A stretch of 64,000 nucleotides of DNA from Candidatus Poribacteria bacterium (GCA_963665235.2 CAXXLX010000001.1:3680001-3744000), one strand, 5' to 3'. Shown: positions 1-9,736, counted from the first letter of the stretch. Notes: generated from the letters alone by a model not told the origin. Program-made: numbers and translations.

Positions 1-720
1 AAGGTGCTGCACGCTATCGCGAATGCAATTGAGCCTGGGGTCTCTACATATCACTTGGACATGGTGTCCCGCAAAGCGATTGCTGAACATAATGCAGCCT
101 CCTCCTTTCTGGGGTATAAATTTCCGGACCACAGCCCATATCCTGGGACAATTTGTGCCTCTGTCAATGACGTGGTCATTCACGGTATTCCGAATAAGGC
201 AGAGAAGCTGATGGATGGGGACATTATCGGTGTGGATACTGCGGTAAGCGTTGGGGGTTTTCATGGCGATAACGCGTTCACTTTTCCTGTCGGAAACATC
301 TCCGGCGATGCCCAAAGATTACTAGATGTGTCGAAAGCTTCCCTCTATGCGGCAATTTCAGCGGCGACACCCGGTAACCGCATAGGGGATGTCTCTTTTC
401 AACTACAAACTGTTGCAGAGTCCGCCGGGTTTTCTGTCATTAAGAATTTTGCTGGACACGGTATCGGGCGCCGCCTCCATGAAGGGCCCGAAATACCGGC
501 CGTAGGCACACCAGGCCGCGGGCCCCGACTGAAACCGGGGATGGTGCTCGCCATTGAAGCGATGGTGAATGCGGGAGACTCAGACGTAGAAGTTTTAGAG
601 GATGGATGGGGCATCGTAACATCAGATGGCAGTCTATCCGCCTTTTTTGAACATACTGTGGTTGTGCTCTCAGATGGGCCCGAAATTCTAACAGGAGGTC
701 CGATATGGCAAGACCTATAA
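1..720 (+). CDS. map: Type I methionine aminopeptidase (5'-truncated by window edge)
   Basis: Motifs CASVNDVVIHGIP, GFHGDNAFT, GHGIGRRLHEGP, AIEAMVN, FEHTVVV. Frame is open to base 1. Confidence 0.95.
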   Translation, partial: KVLHAIANAIEPGVSTYHLDMVSRKAIAEHNAASSFLGYKFPDHSPYPGTICASVNDVVIHGIPNKAEKLMDGDIIGVDTAVSVGGFHGDNAFTFPVGNISGDAQRLLDVSKASLYAAISAATPGNRIGDVSFQLQTVAESAGFSVIKNFAGHGIGRRLHEGPEIPAVGTPGRGPRLKPGMVLAIEAMVNAGDSDVEVLEDGWGIVTSDGSLSAFFEHTVVVLSDGPEILTGGPIWQDL

Positions 721-1472
721 CTGCTATCAGTTCCGCGTACCGTTCCTTGCAGGCTTCTGTTGTCAGGGAGGTTAGTGAAATATTCTCGGTATTTCGCCTT
801 TTATATCGTTCCCGGTTAGCTTTCGCTATCGCTGCAACGCTGCTATTCATCGCCATCTATTTCATCTTCAGCTACGCAGCAGTTGAAAAAGAGATGTTAG
901 AGGTCCAGAAAATCTTCTACTTTCACGTTTCAGCGGCGATGACTGTCTATATAGCGTTCGGCGTCAATTTCCTATTTAGCATCAAATACCTGATACAACG
1001 GGAATCCGATGATGATTTGTTGGCGGCTGCGGCAGCAGAAATAGGGCTTGTCTTTTGTACTATTGTCCTACTTTCAGGGCCGATTTGGGCAAAATATGCT
1101 TGGAATACTTGGTGGAACTGGGAGGCGCGTCTTACAACTACGCTCGTGCTCTACCTTATGTATATTGGATATTTCATTCTTCGCTCCGCTTTGGCTGAGG
1201 ACAAACGCAAAACCTATTCGGCTGTTATAGGGATTATAGCCTTTTTTGATGTGCCAATTGTCCATTACGCTACAAAATTGTGGGACGAAAGAGCACATCC
1301 GGGGCGTGGCGCGAAATTGGACGTAGCCCCAACAATGTTACACACTTGGGTTTTAGTCTTCATAACATTCATTGTACTGTTTACACTGCTATTCATCCTG
1401 CAGCACCAGATTAGAAAGACAGAGGCACGATATGAATTGGTGCACAGAAAACATCTAGAGGAGCCCTCCTAA
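705..1472 (+). CDS. ccmC: Heme exporter/cytochrome c assembly protein CcmC (CcsA family)
   Basis: KIFYFHV, WWD-type motif GPIWAKYAWNTWWNWEARLT, DVPIVHY; multiple TM helices. Confidence 0.9.
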   Translation: MARPITAISSAYRSLQASVVREVSEIFSVFRLLYRSRLAFAIAATLLFIAIYFIFSYAAVEKEMLEVQKIFYFHVSAAMTVYIAFGVNFLFSIKYLIQRESDDDLLAAAAAEIGLVFCTIVLLSGPIWAKYAWNTWWNWEARLTTTLVLYLMYIGYFILRSALAEDKRKTYSAVIGIIAFFDVPIVHYATKLWDERAHPGRGAKLDVAPTMLHTWVLVFITFIVLFTLLFILQHQIRKTEARYELVHRKHLEEPS

Positions 1473-1831
1473 TGCGAATTATAGTTTTAATAAGTTTTCT
1501 AATCGTTTTGGGGCTGCTGTTCGCGGCAATTCAGGTGCCAACTATAGACCGTACCAAACATATTGAACCCGCCATCAAAGCAGCCATATCGGAATCCCAA
1601 GTAAGTCCAGCAGATGAAAACATTGTAACGCGAGCCGTTATCCTTTCAGTTGAAAAATTAGAAGCTTCACAACGCACACGTCTCAAATACCTTGTCTCCG
1701 CCTACCTCGTTATATGGTTGGTATTTATGCTTTACCTGCTCCGGTTAGGACAGCAGCAGCGAGTCCTAGACAAACGTCTCACCCAATTGGAGCAAGAAAC
1801 AGCCGACAGTGAAACGGACGCTGGAACCTAA
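1472..1831 (+). CDS. CcmD-like small membrane protein with N-terminal extension
   Basis: C-terminal YLVSAYLVIWLVFMLYLLRL..QQR.LDKRL resembles CcmD. Coupled to ccmC by a TAATG overlap. Confidence 0.6.
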   Translation: MRIIVLISFLIVLGLLFAAIQVPTIDRTKHIEPAIKAAISESQVSPADENIVTRAVILSVEKLEASQRTRLKYLVSAYLVIWLVFMLYLLRLGQQQRVLDKRLTQLEQETADSETDAGT

Positions 1832-2093
1832 TTCCCATACCCATTTCCTAGTAGACACGTTTCCCCCAATCGCGCGTTATTCCATTTTTTACTATCTTTT
1901 TTGACCGAGCAGTCTCTATATAAGCAGAAGCATGAAAAATTGACTGTTTTTGTGATATGTGCTATTATTTTAGAATAGCGATTGGCTATTGGCTATTGGC
2001 GATTAGCAAGAAATGTCTGACGTGTGTCAAAAATTTGCTTAGAATCACAACCTTTTGCTAATTGCCTTTTCGTTAACGCGCTAATAGCCAATC

Positions 2094-2315
2094 AACGTGA
2101 GTTTGAAAAAAGTTTCATCTAGTATGAAGAGCGTGCTGTTTGCCCGAATACTGGGCGAGAAACCCGCTTCTTAGGGGCGATATGTTTATAGGCATCTGGG
2201 TTTCCGTCCCAACTTAGTCCCGTAGGGACGATATGTTTATAGAAGCCGTTTCCGTCCCAACTTAGTCCCAGTATTCGGGCAAGCAGCCCGCTCTTTAAGG
2301 ACGATATGTTTATAA
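2094..2315. repeat. Cluster of hairpin-core repeats (GTCCCGTAGGGAC-GATATGTTTATA) after an AACGTGAGTTTGA terminal motif
   Basis: Three core copies (~2170, 2214, 2263). The same core forms the arrays at 31198, 33668 and 56546. Confidence 0.8.
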
Positions 2316-2330
2316 AGGAGGTCGAATATA

Positions 2331-3923
2331 ATGCCTAAACATGATGAATTCAGGGGGGTTGTTAGCACGCTTAAGTCCGCTTCGTCGACCATTAGTGCTG
2401 AACAGCGTATTGGACTTCTCCGGCAAGCGGTACAGCAGTATGACCTCTCCGTTGATGAGGCATCTAAAATTATAGAGGAATCTGGCCTAGTTGTTGGTGA
2501 AAAGGTAAACTATTTTGCGACGCTGGAACTTTCTATTGAAGAACTTGAAGGTCAAAGCGAATCGGATATAGCGGCACGCGTCGATGATGCCCATAACCAA
2601 CGTTATAACGCCTCATTACAGGCCGGCGGACGGGTCCGCCCGGATGGCAGGAGTGAAGAGCAGTGGCGCGTTCTCTTGAATCAGGCACGGGATACCCTAA
2701 AAGACCCTCAAAAACGACAGGAACACATCGCTAACCTACAGCGAGATAAGGACGATGTTGCTCTAAACGGAGAAGCACGCCTCCTCTTTAAATTTTCTGA
2801 CGGTGTCGAAGCCACCAGCATACCCCAACTTGCAGACTTGATGATTAAAAATGCAAAGGAGGCCACCGATGCCCTCTATCGTGGGTACCTGGAGCAAAGC
2901 CTCGGAAGAGCTGGCGAAATGCACTTCGCCAGCGCAGCACGAGCCGCCACCGAGGAATTTGCCGACAATCCTGAACTCGGCCTCGAGGCGATGGTCAAAG
3001 TCCTACAGCGAAAGATAACGTTTGAGCACGGAATTAAAGCCCAAACCCTCGGACAAGCCGGTCAAAAGATAGAGGTACAGAAACAGAATGAAGCCCGAAC
3101 CCCTGAACAAATCGCACAGATGATCGATTCAAATTGGGAACAGGCAAAAGGTTTCTTATATAGCGGGTTCATGGCTTACTACCTTGAGTACACCGAACAA
3201 ACACAATTGGCAAGTATCGCAAAAGAAATAACTAACCGTTACAGTGCCGAAAAAGACATGGGTTTGGAGATGTTAGTTCAAGAGCTTGACCCGCATATTG
3301 GGAAACCAGAACCGGTACTCAGTCAGACCCGTATCGATTTCGGCAACGTTGATACGGAAACGCGAAAAACGATGCGTCTACAGATTACAAACGCCGGACG
3401 TGGATTCCTCTACGGTGATGTTCAATTAGCAGATGAAATATCCGGATTTCAGGTGTCGTCATCCCCCATCCGGGGGGAAGGGCTCGCTACTATCGAACTT
3501 GATGCAAGGCACCTTACCGTCAAACGGATGCACGAGCCTAAGTTGGTTTTTAGCACTAACGGCGGCGAGTTGCAGGTACCCATCTCCTGCTATGTTGATT
3601 ATCTAGTTATGAAATCAATTCACCGGGTCGGTTTAAGTAGTGCCTCAGTGGGAGCTATAACCCTTATGACGTGTCTAATAATCCTGCTGCTTGAGCGGCC
3701 TGGATGGTTAACGGCCCGCTTGACACCGGGAGGTTTCGTAGATTGGTCACAGTATTGGGGGTGGCTCTGGACCGAATGGGGTGAGTGGTTCATGGTGGGG
3801 TGGCCGGTCTACAGGCTCATTTCACCGGCGGCAGGCTTTGGATTTGTCCTTGCGTTAGTCTCGCTAGGCGTAGGCATTTTTCTCTATTGGTACCATTTCT
3901 TTAAGAAAAGAAGGATACGCTGA
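2331..3923 (+). CDS. Hypothetical membrane-anchored protein: J-domain-like N-terminus, duplicated helical repeat, Ig/BACON-like domain, C-terminal TMs
   Basis: VNYFATLEL...LLNQARDTLKDPQKRQEH resembles a J-domain without HPD. IDFGNV...ITNAGRGFLYG is Ig-like. GGAGG RBS upstream. Confidence 0.7.
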   Translation: MPKHDEFRGVVSTLKSASSTISAEQRIGLLRQAVQQYDLSVDEASKIIEESGLVVGEKVNYFATLELSIEELEGQSESDIAARVDDAHNQRYNASLQAGGRVRPDGRSEEQWRVLLNQARDTLKDPQKRQEHIANLQRDKDDVALNGEARLLFKFSDGVEATSIPQLADLMIKNAKEATDALYRGYLEQSLGRAGEMHFASAARAATEEFADNPELGLEAMVKVLQRKITFEHGIKAQTLGQAGQKIEVQKQNEARTPEQIAQMIDSNWEQAKGFLYSGFMAYYLEYTEQTQLASIAKEITNRYSAEKDMGLEMLVQELDPHIGKPEPVLSQTRIDFGNVDTETRKTMRLQITNAGRGFLYGDVQLADEISGFQVSSSPIRGEGLATIELDARHLTVKRMHEPKLVFSTNGGELQVPISCYVDYLVMKSIHRVGLSSASVGAITLMTCLIILLLERPGWLTARLTPGGFVDWSQYWGWLWTEWGEWFMVGWPVYRLISPAAGFGFVLALVSLGVGIFLYWYHFFKKRRIR

Positions 3924-4810
3924 TGATTTGGGCAGTTTCCATTAAACAAGCATTTCTAACACTGAATGTCAATCGGAAACTTATCGGTATTGCCCTTATT
4001 TCGGTGGTGTTCGGCAAAATCATCGACCTCATCGAGCAGTTTACGGACAAGACGTTGTACGGATTGATTGCTGCAAGTGTTAAAACAGAAGTTCTTCAGG
4101 CTGCCTTTGAAAACATGCAGGCGGGACGTTTTGACGAGGGGCTCCGGACATTCAACAGTATGGCGTATCTCAACTTGGAAGAACCGCAATTTCTGCTCGT
4201 TGTCGTAGGTCTCCTGATAGGTGCATTTCTAATCGCCTTCTATAACGATACAGGTTTAGCTGCCCTCATTCGGGACCTACTCGTCAAAAACAGCTACCGG
4301 TCAGCACAGGTTATCGCCTACGGCCGGATATATTTCAAGCCAGCGTTCCTCTTCAAAGGTTCATTTTACATAATCACTGCGCTTGTGCTTGTCGTAATTT
4401 CGCCCGTGCTGTTTGTTATTTATCACCTGCTAACTTCTGTGCTTTTCGCATGGATAACAATTGCGCTCTGTCTTCTACCGCTATTTGTCATTTACATCGG
4501 TTTTCAATCACTGGGGATGAAGTTTATCATTATTGAAGGAGAACAACGTGTTCGAACACTCTATCGACTTACCAAATCCTTCATGCTGGATAACCGAAGA
4601 GAGGTCGGCGCATGTTTTCTCTTTATGGCGTTGGTGACTGTTGGCTCAACAATCGGTGTTTACTATCTTATGGGGAGTCAACTCCAATTTCTTATCAGTT
4701 ATTCGCTAAGTATTTTTCTGCTCTCTTATATAACGGTGCTCCTGAAAATCACCAGCTTTGTTTTTTATCTCTTAATCCGAGATAAACAGAGTGCAATTGA
4801 TTTATCTTAA
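3923..4810 (+). CDS. Hypothetical multi-pass membrane protein
   Basis: About 6 hydrophobic segments; translationally coupled to the upstream gene. Confidence 0.75.
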   Translation: MIWAVSIKQAFLTLNVNRKLIGIALISVVFGKIIDLIEQFTDKTLYGLIAASVKTEVLQAAFENMQAGRFDEGLRTFNSMAYLNLEEPQFLLVVVGLLIGAFLIAFYNDTGLAALIRDLLVKNSYRSAQVIAYGRIYFKPAFLFKGSFYIITALVLVVISPVLFVIYHLLTSVLFAWITIALCLLPLFVIYIGFQSLGMKFIIIEGEQRVRTLYRLTKSFMLDNRREVGACFLFMALVTVGSTIGVYYLMGSQLQFLISYSLSIFLLSYITVLLKITSFVFYLLIRDKQSAIDLS

Positions 4811-4824
4811 GGAGGTTGCTAATT

Positions 4825-6000
4825 ATGTCTGAAATCTTAGGTGTTGCTATCGTTATTGCAATTATCGCCTTTATCGTTTGGCTTGTCGGTGTTGTTATTG
4901 CTATAGCCCTTTTCGTGGTTATTGTTATTCCGTTCTACGTTATCGTAAGTATATATGCCGTTGTGAAATTCATCGCTCTGAATATATTTGTGATGCTGGA
5001 TACATTCTTTTATCTCGGATTTGATGTCCCTGTTTTTGTCTCTTGGGTGTTCTGGGGACTTGTAATAGGGGCAGCAATTCAGGGATACCGAGAACTGAGG
5101 ATTTATGGACAAAAACGGCTAAGCATTTTAGTGGCGATTACCCCCGTGCTCTTGCTAGTTCTGTTCAGCGGCTTCAAAATCGCGAGCGACCGTTTTATTG
5201 ATACCGCGAACAAGCCTTCTATTGACATTGAAGCGGGGACAAAATCCGCGCCTTCCGAGCTTCTCATTCCTAAAGGCATGGTACTGATTCCCGCAGGCGA
5301 ATTTGAGATGGGAAGCAGCAACGGGGCGGACGATGAAAAACCTGTCCATACTGTGTACGTTGATGCCTTCCATATCGATAAATACGAGGTGACAAATGCC
5401 GAATATGTAACGTTTCTCAACACCCCAGGTGTTAGGAGCTACAGCTTCATAAATCCAGCATCGCATCGGATTAGGTATATCAATCAAAAATACTATGTAC
5501 AACCGGGCTATGAAAACTATCCTATATCTGGTATTCCGTGGCAGGGGGCAATGGCGTACGCCGCATCGGTAGGGAAACGTTTACCGACAGAGGCAGAATG
5601 GGAGAAGGCAGCACGGGGCGGGTTGGTAGGCAAGAGATTTCCATGGGGGGATACGATTGATGCCAGCAAGGCAAACTACGACTGGCATATTGAAGAGACT
5701 ACACCCGTAGGGAAATATTCAGCCAACGGATATGGGCTCTACGATATGGCAGGTAACGTCGAAGAGTGGTGTTTGGATGAATATAATGAAAATTTTTATG
5801 CGAATTCTCCTTATGAGAACCCAGTTGCTGGGGGCTCTATAATATCCATTATAGATGAGCCTGCAGCAGTCAAACGTGTGTTACGCGGCGGTAGTTTGTC
5901 CGACGGCGAGCGAGAAGTGCAGTGTGCCAGCAGGGCCATTTATAGCAACTTTGCGGGGTTTCGTTGTGTGAAACCAGTTCCACCTGCAGCTGTGGACTAA
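4825..6000 (+). CDS. Membrane-anchored formylglycine-generating-enzyme (SUMF1/EgtB/PvdO) domain protein
   Basis: MVLIPAGEFEMGS, KYEVTNAEY, KRLPTEAEWEKAARGG, YGLYDMAGNVEEWC, GFRCV. ATG at 4825 follows GGAGG. Lacks the catalytic Cys pair after RGGS. Confidence 0.9.
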   Translation: MSEILGVAIVIAIIAFIVWLVGVVIAIALFVVIVIPFYVIVSIYAVVKFIALNIFVMLDTFFYLGFDVPVFVSWVFWGLVIGAAIQGYRELRIYGQKRLSILVAITPVLLLVLFSGFKIASDRFIDTANKPSIDIEAGTKSAPSELLIPKGMVLIPAGEFEMGSSNGADDEKPVHTVYVDAFHIDKYEVTNAEYVTFLNTPGVRSYSFINPASHRIRYINQKYYVQPGYENYPISGIPWQGAMAYAASVGKRLPTEAEWEKAARGGLVGKRFPWGDTIDASKANYDWHIEETTPVGKYSANGYGLYDMAGNVEEWCLDEYNENFYANSPYENPVAGGSIISIIDEPAAVKRVLRGGSLSDGEREVQCASRAIYSNFAGFRCVKPVPPAAVD

Positions 6001-6779
6001 TTTTTCTGTTTTTTAATCTCGGGCATCTCCGGCCAATTGTGTTCTGGTGTGTATCCGAGCTCTTTTTCCGCCTGCTGCCAGTCAAAGCGGGAGTCGGTAC
6101 GTCCTGCGACGGCATTATACGCACCATAGCTCACCGTTTCGGTTTCAATTGCGCGTGCAACACATTGTGCAACATCCCGCGGTTCAACGTAAACGAACCA
6201 TGGGGCTGTCACGGTTTGAGGGGCTGTCGGGCCAGGGTTATGCCCATCCCCCGCAATAACGCCAGGGCGGATATGAATCACGTTCAATCCGTGCGCCTGA
6301 TGATACGCTAACCCAATCTGTTCACCTATGTGTTTCGACAGCGAATAGTAAAGGTCACCTGCTCCGAAACGGAACGGGTCGCCAACCTTATACGGTAATT
6401 CTGCATCCGGGGCTGGTGGGCACGCTGAAATGCTGGAGATGTTAACCAATTTTTGTACACCCTGTCGGACACATGCCTCTGCCACATTCCATGTGCCTTT
6501 TACCATAACATCTGCATAGAGCGATAGGGGTTTACCGTGCCGTTCGCGTACTAAGGCGACGAGGTGAACGACAGCATCCTGCCCTGCACACGCTGCTTCA
6601 ATTTCATCGGCATTCGTTATGTCTGCCTTGATGAAAGGCATCTCAGCCGACCTGCTTTGAGTAGGTTCGACAAGGTCGGTGAGTGTGAGTTGATATGTTG
6701 TGTGCAACCGTTCGATAATAAACTGCGCAAGGTATCCGGATGCTCCCGTGATTAGGATTTTTTCAACGGTTTCCATCAA
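5997..6779 (-). CDS. NAD-dependent epimerase/dehydratase (extended SDR)
   Basis: ILITGASGYLA Rossmann motif; YSLSK (YxxxK). Confidence 0.9.
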   Translation of the reverse strand: MMETVEKILITGASGYLAQFIIERLHTTYQLTLTDLVEPTQSRSAEMPFIKADITNADEIEAACAGQDAVVHLVALVRERHGKPLSLYADVMVKGTWNVAEACVRQGVQKLVNISSISACPPAPDAELPYKVGDPFRFGAGDLYYSLSKHIGEQIGLAYHQAHGLNVIHIRPGVIAGDGHNPGPTAPQTVTAPWFVYVEPRDVAQCVARAIETETVSYGAYNAVAGRTDSRFDWQQAEKELGYTPEHNWPEMPEIKKQKN

Positions 6780-6787
6780 TTTTTGTC

Positions 6788-7132
6788 CTATCGGTTTCCG
6801 AAGGGGGTTTCAGCATAGAGCGTCTCGTTGAAACCGACGAAAAAGACCTCCCCGATTTGCAGGGTCGGTGCGCGTAGGTTTCCGCTTCTGCCGATTACCG
6901 CCTTCAAAATAGATTCCTGCGTCTCAGCAGCTGGTACAAATGTTTCCACGCTTCTCCCCTTCGCTACTATGATACGTTTTGCAGTGCCCATTAAATTCCA
7001 TACCGCTGCTGCATCTAGTTTCTCTTTTCGTGCATCGGAGCGGTTTTCTGTCTTTACGTCATGTGCGTCAAGCAACGCTTGAACCTTTTTGCACGAGTTT
7101 CAGCCGTTCCGAAAATAGAGCCAGTCTACCAT
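6788..7132 (-). CDS. ArsC/Spx-like thioredoxin-fold selenoprotein (Sec at codon 11)
   Basis: ATG at 7132 overlaps the upstream stop (TAATG) and reads MVDWLYFRNG-TGA-NSCKKVQALLDAH, in frame with ORF 6788..7075. UxxC motif; C-terminal GRSGNLRAPTL..G....VGFN. Confidence 0.85.
7062..7095 (-). promoter_or_regulatory. Putative bacterial SECIS hairpin
   Basis: Minus strand GTGC-AAAAAGGT-TCAAGC-GTT-GCTTGA-C-GCAC. The apical loop starts with G, 23 nt after the UGA. Confidence 0.65.
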
Positions 7133-8169
7133 TACAATTCCTCCACGTGAACAAATTTACCGGTGTTGCGGCTTTTTACGGCTGCGTCGATGAGTGCCAA
7201 TGTCTGAACGGCATCCGAGAAAGGGGCGCGAATCAGGGATTTGTCGCCTGTTTCAATAGCACGCATCCATGCACCGGTTTTGTCTAAACCTATACTGTTT
7301 TGCGAACCAGCAGTCTCTTGTATTGTTTCCCCCTTAAGATAACCGTGTATTGTCCTTTCCGCCATGTTCGCGTTCAAACGTAAATGCGGCCCTACCACTT
7401 CAACCTCAAAACAGAAACCTTCCGTGCCGCAGTGATTCATGTGTGTTCCGAAAACACCACTGTCCAGTTGGTAAGTCATCTGTATAGCGTTTTCAGCATC
7501 AAATTCGGTTCGCTGTAGTGCCATATTTTTGACAGCCAAGGCGTGTGCTTGTACAGGTTTCGGGTTTCCTAAGACAAACCGCGCGCAATCTAGGACATGC
7601 ACCGCTTGTTCCGCTAAGGGGCCACCACTAATTTTGGACTGTAGGAACCACGGGGGCATTTGAAAATTGAGGTAGTAATTGATTGTGCACACTGTTCGTA
7701 CGAGATGGACCGTCTCGGTGGCGATTAGTGCCTTGAGTCGTTCATAGAGCGGGTGGTAACGGAGTTGGAATCCGACAGCTGCGATGACCTGTGCCTTTTC
7801 AATAGCTTCGAGGCATTTTCGGCCTTCAGCGATATTGAGAGCAGGCGGTTTTTCAATCATCAAAGGGATGCCGCGTTCACACGCCATTTTGATGGGCTCT
7901 AAACGAACAGGGGGTGGTGTTGTTACCACCACCCCGTCCATTTCTACATCGAAGAAGGCATTCAGTGCGTCGGTAGCGAGTTCAGCACCGGCAAGCGTGG
8001 CAAGCTCTTGAGCGGCATTGCGTTGTACATCGTGGACAGCGACTATCTGTCCGCCATAGTCGGTTACGGCTTTCTGGTGATGTCGTCCCATTCGCCCGGC
8101 ACCGATAATACCTATAGCTAAGGAATCGTCCTTGCGATTTTCCCACGTGGGGGGAGCATGCGGCATCAT
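7132..8169 (-). CDS. Gfo/Idh/MocA family oxidoreductase
   Basis: IGIIGAGRMG, IEKPPA, VGFQLRY. Start probably the ATG overlapping the upstream stop. Confidence 0.9.
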   Translation of the reverse strand: MMPHAPPTWENRKDDSLAIGIIGAGRMGRHHQKAVTDYGGQIVAVHDVQRNAAQELATLAGAELATDALNAFFDVEMDGVVVTTPPPVRLEPIKMACERGIPLMIEKPPALNIAEGRKCLEAIEKAQVIAAVGFQLRYHPLYERLKALIATETVHLVRTVCTINYYLNFQMPPWFLQSKISGGPLAEQAVHVLDCARFVLGNPKPVQAHALAVKNMALQRTEFDAENAIQMTYQLDSGVFGTHMNHCGTEGFCFEVEVVGPHLRLNANMAERTIHGYLKGETIQETAGSQNSIGLDKTGAWMRAIETGDKSLIRAPFSDAVQTLALIDAAVKSRNTGKFVHVEEL

Positions 8170-8876
8170 TTGCGTTTCAGTTGCCCCCACGTCACGGCGA
8201 GTTTACTTTTCGGTTCAACAGGAGTTGGGTTATAGTCCGGTGTTACGACAAAGATGTTATCGTACTGAGCGTATTCAGCCCCACTCATGCGGAACCCAAT
8301 TTTTCCTGTCGTAAAGGCTTTCTGTGAGTCGGTCCATTCACTCACGAGCGCGAGGTCATCAACGGTTCCGCCTACAGGCCCGAGATATGCCTTGAAACTG
8401 TAGCCTGCTCGAACCTCAAATTTTGCGCGGTACCATACATCTTGTTCACGATTAACGCCATCAACGAACGCCCCGGGCTCCGCTGCCCATCCGCCGTTGA
8501 CTCTTCGGTGCCATCGGATGTGTTGCGGGGTGTGAGCTGAGCCGGCTGTTGAAACTTGGTGCATGTAGATATTGCTTCCATCTTGCCCGTGGAAGACAAA
8601 TCCTGTTAGACCGTTCTGTAGTGCCTTAAAATCGGCGTAATAATCGTATTCTTCGGGAAACTCATCGACGCTAAGTCCGACTTCGCCGCCCTGGATGTCA
8701 AGAACATTTTCGCCGAGCACCTCGTGGTCATCAGGGTTCTCAACAATTTTCCAGGTGCCTTGTGCCGCCCATTTGGCATCGTCAATATTTCCGCTTTCGA
8801 AATCGTCGTGAAACAGAACTTCGGCAGAAACAGTGCCGACGCATAAAATCATTGCTAAACAGATTACGTATCGCAT
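8166..8876 (-). CDS. Secreted ConA/LamG-like (DUF1080-like) beta-sandwich protein with C-terminal VEPxxKLAVTWG motif
   Basis: Signal peptide, LFHDDFESG, GKIGFR...YDNI; tail VEPKSKLAVTWGQLKRK. Confidence 0.8.
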   Translation of the reverse strand: MRYVICLAMILCVGTVSAEVLFHDDFESGNIDDAKWAAQGTWKIVENPDDHEVLGENVLDIQGGEVGLSVDEFPEEYDYYADFKALQNGLTGFVFHGQDGSNIYMHQVSTAGSAHTPQHIRWHRRVNGGWAAEPGAFVDGVNREQDVWYRAKFEVRAGYSFKAYLGPVGGTVDDLALVSEWTDSQKAFTTGKIGFRMSGAEYAQYDNIFVVTPDYNPTPVEPKSKLAVTWGQLKRK

Positions 8877-9005
8877 TTTGTTATCATCTCCTATTTGTAA
8901 ATAAATGGGTAGAAACGGGATGGCACTACCGCCAAACCGTCCTCTCTCAATTTAATTGAACTACTATCTACTACAAATTATACCACAAATTCTGCTTATG
9001 AGGTA

Positions 9006-9731
9006 TTATTTCCGTTTTAATTTCCCCCAGGTCACTGCGAGTTTGTCTTTCGGTTCGACGGGGAAGATGTTAAATTCCGGTGTAGCGAGGACAATATTAT
9101 CGTATTGTGCGCGTTCACCCCCACTCATTCGGATGCCGATTTTTCCTGCTTTGAAAGCCTTTTGACTATCTGTCCATTCACTCACAAGCGTAAGGTCTTT
9201 GTCTTCCGCGCCGACATCGCCGAGATATACCTTAAACTTGTAGTTTTTCCGGAGCTCAAACTTCACACGATACCAAACACCCTGCTCGCGATTCACTTTA
9301 TCTTCAAAGGGTCCCGGTTCTACAGAGTATCCGCCGTTGACTTTTCTATGCCATCGGATGTGTTGGGGTGTGTGGGCTGAGCCGGCTGTGGAAACCTGAT
9401 GCATGTAGACGTTATTAGCGTCTTTTGCATGGAAAACAAATCCTGTCAAACCGGCTGATACGGTTTTAAAATCGGCGTAATAATCAAATTCTTCGGGAAA
9501 CGTATCGGTGCTGAGGCCAATCTCACTCCCCTGAACAGCAAGCACCTTTTTGCCGAGTACGTCGTGCTTATCGGCGTTATCCTCGATTGCCCAGGTGCCG
9601 TGTGTTACCCATTTTGCGTTGTCAACTTTTCCGCTCTCGAAATCGTCTTGAAACAGAATTTCAGCAGAGACGGTGCTGACGCACAAAATCAGTAGTAAAC
9701 AAATTGCATATCGCATTTTAATCTCCTTCAT
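9006..9731 (-). CDS. Secreted ConA/LamG-like protein, tandem paralog of 8166..8876
   Basis: Shares long identical blocks (YMHQVSTAGSAHTPQHIRWHR, VSEWTDSQKAF); tail VEPKDKLAVTWGKLKRK. Confidence 0.8.
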   Translation of the reverse strand: MKEIKMRYAICLLLILCVSTVSAEILFQDDFESGKVDNAKWVTHGTWAIEDNADKHDVLGKKVLAVQGSEIGLSTDTFPEEFDYYADFKTVSAGLTGFVFHAKDANNVYMHQVSTAGSAHTPQHIRWHRKVNGGYSVEPGPFEDKVNREQGVWYRVKFELRKNYKFKVYLGDVGAEDKDLTLVSEWTDSQKAFKAGKIGIRMSGGERAQYDNIVLATPEFNIFPVEPKDKLAVTWGKLKRK

Positions 9732-9736
9732 ATTTT

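Noticed and set aside
4825-6000. Diversity-generating retroelement target (FGE/CLec fold; also 21750..22877)
   Set aside because: No reverse transcriptase or template repeat seen in the window, though a remote DGR cannot be excluded.
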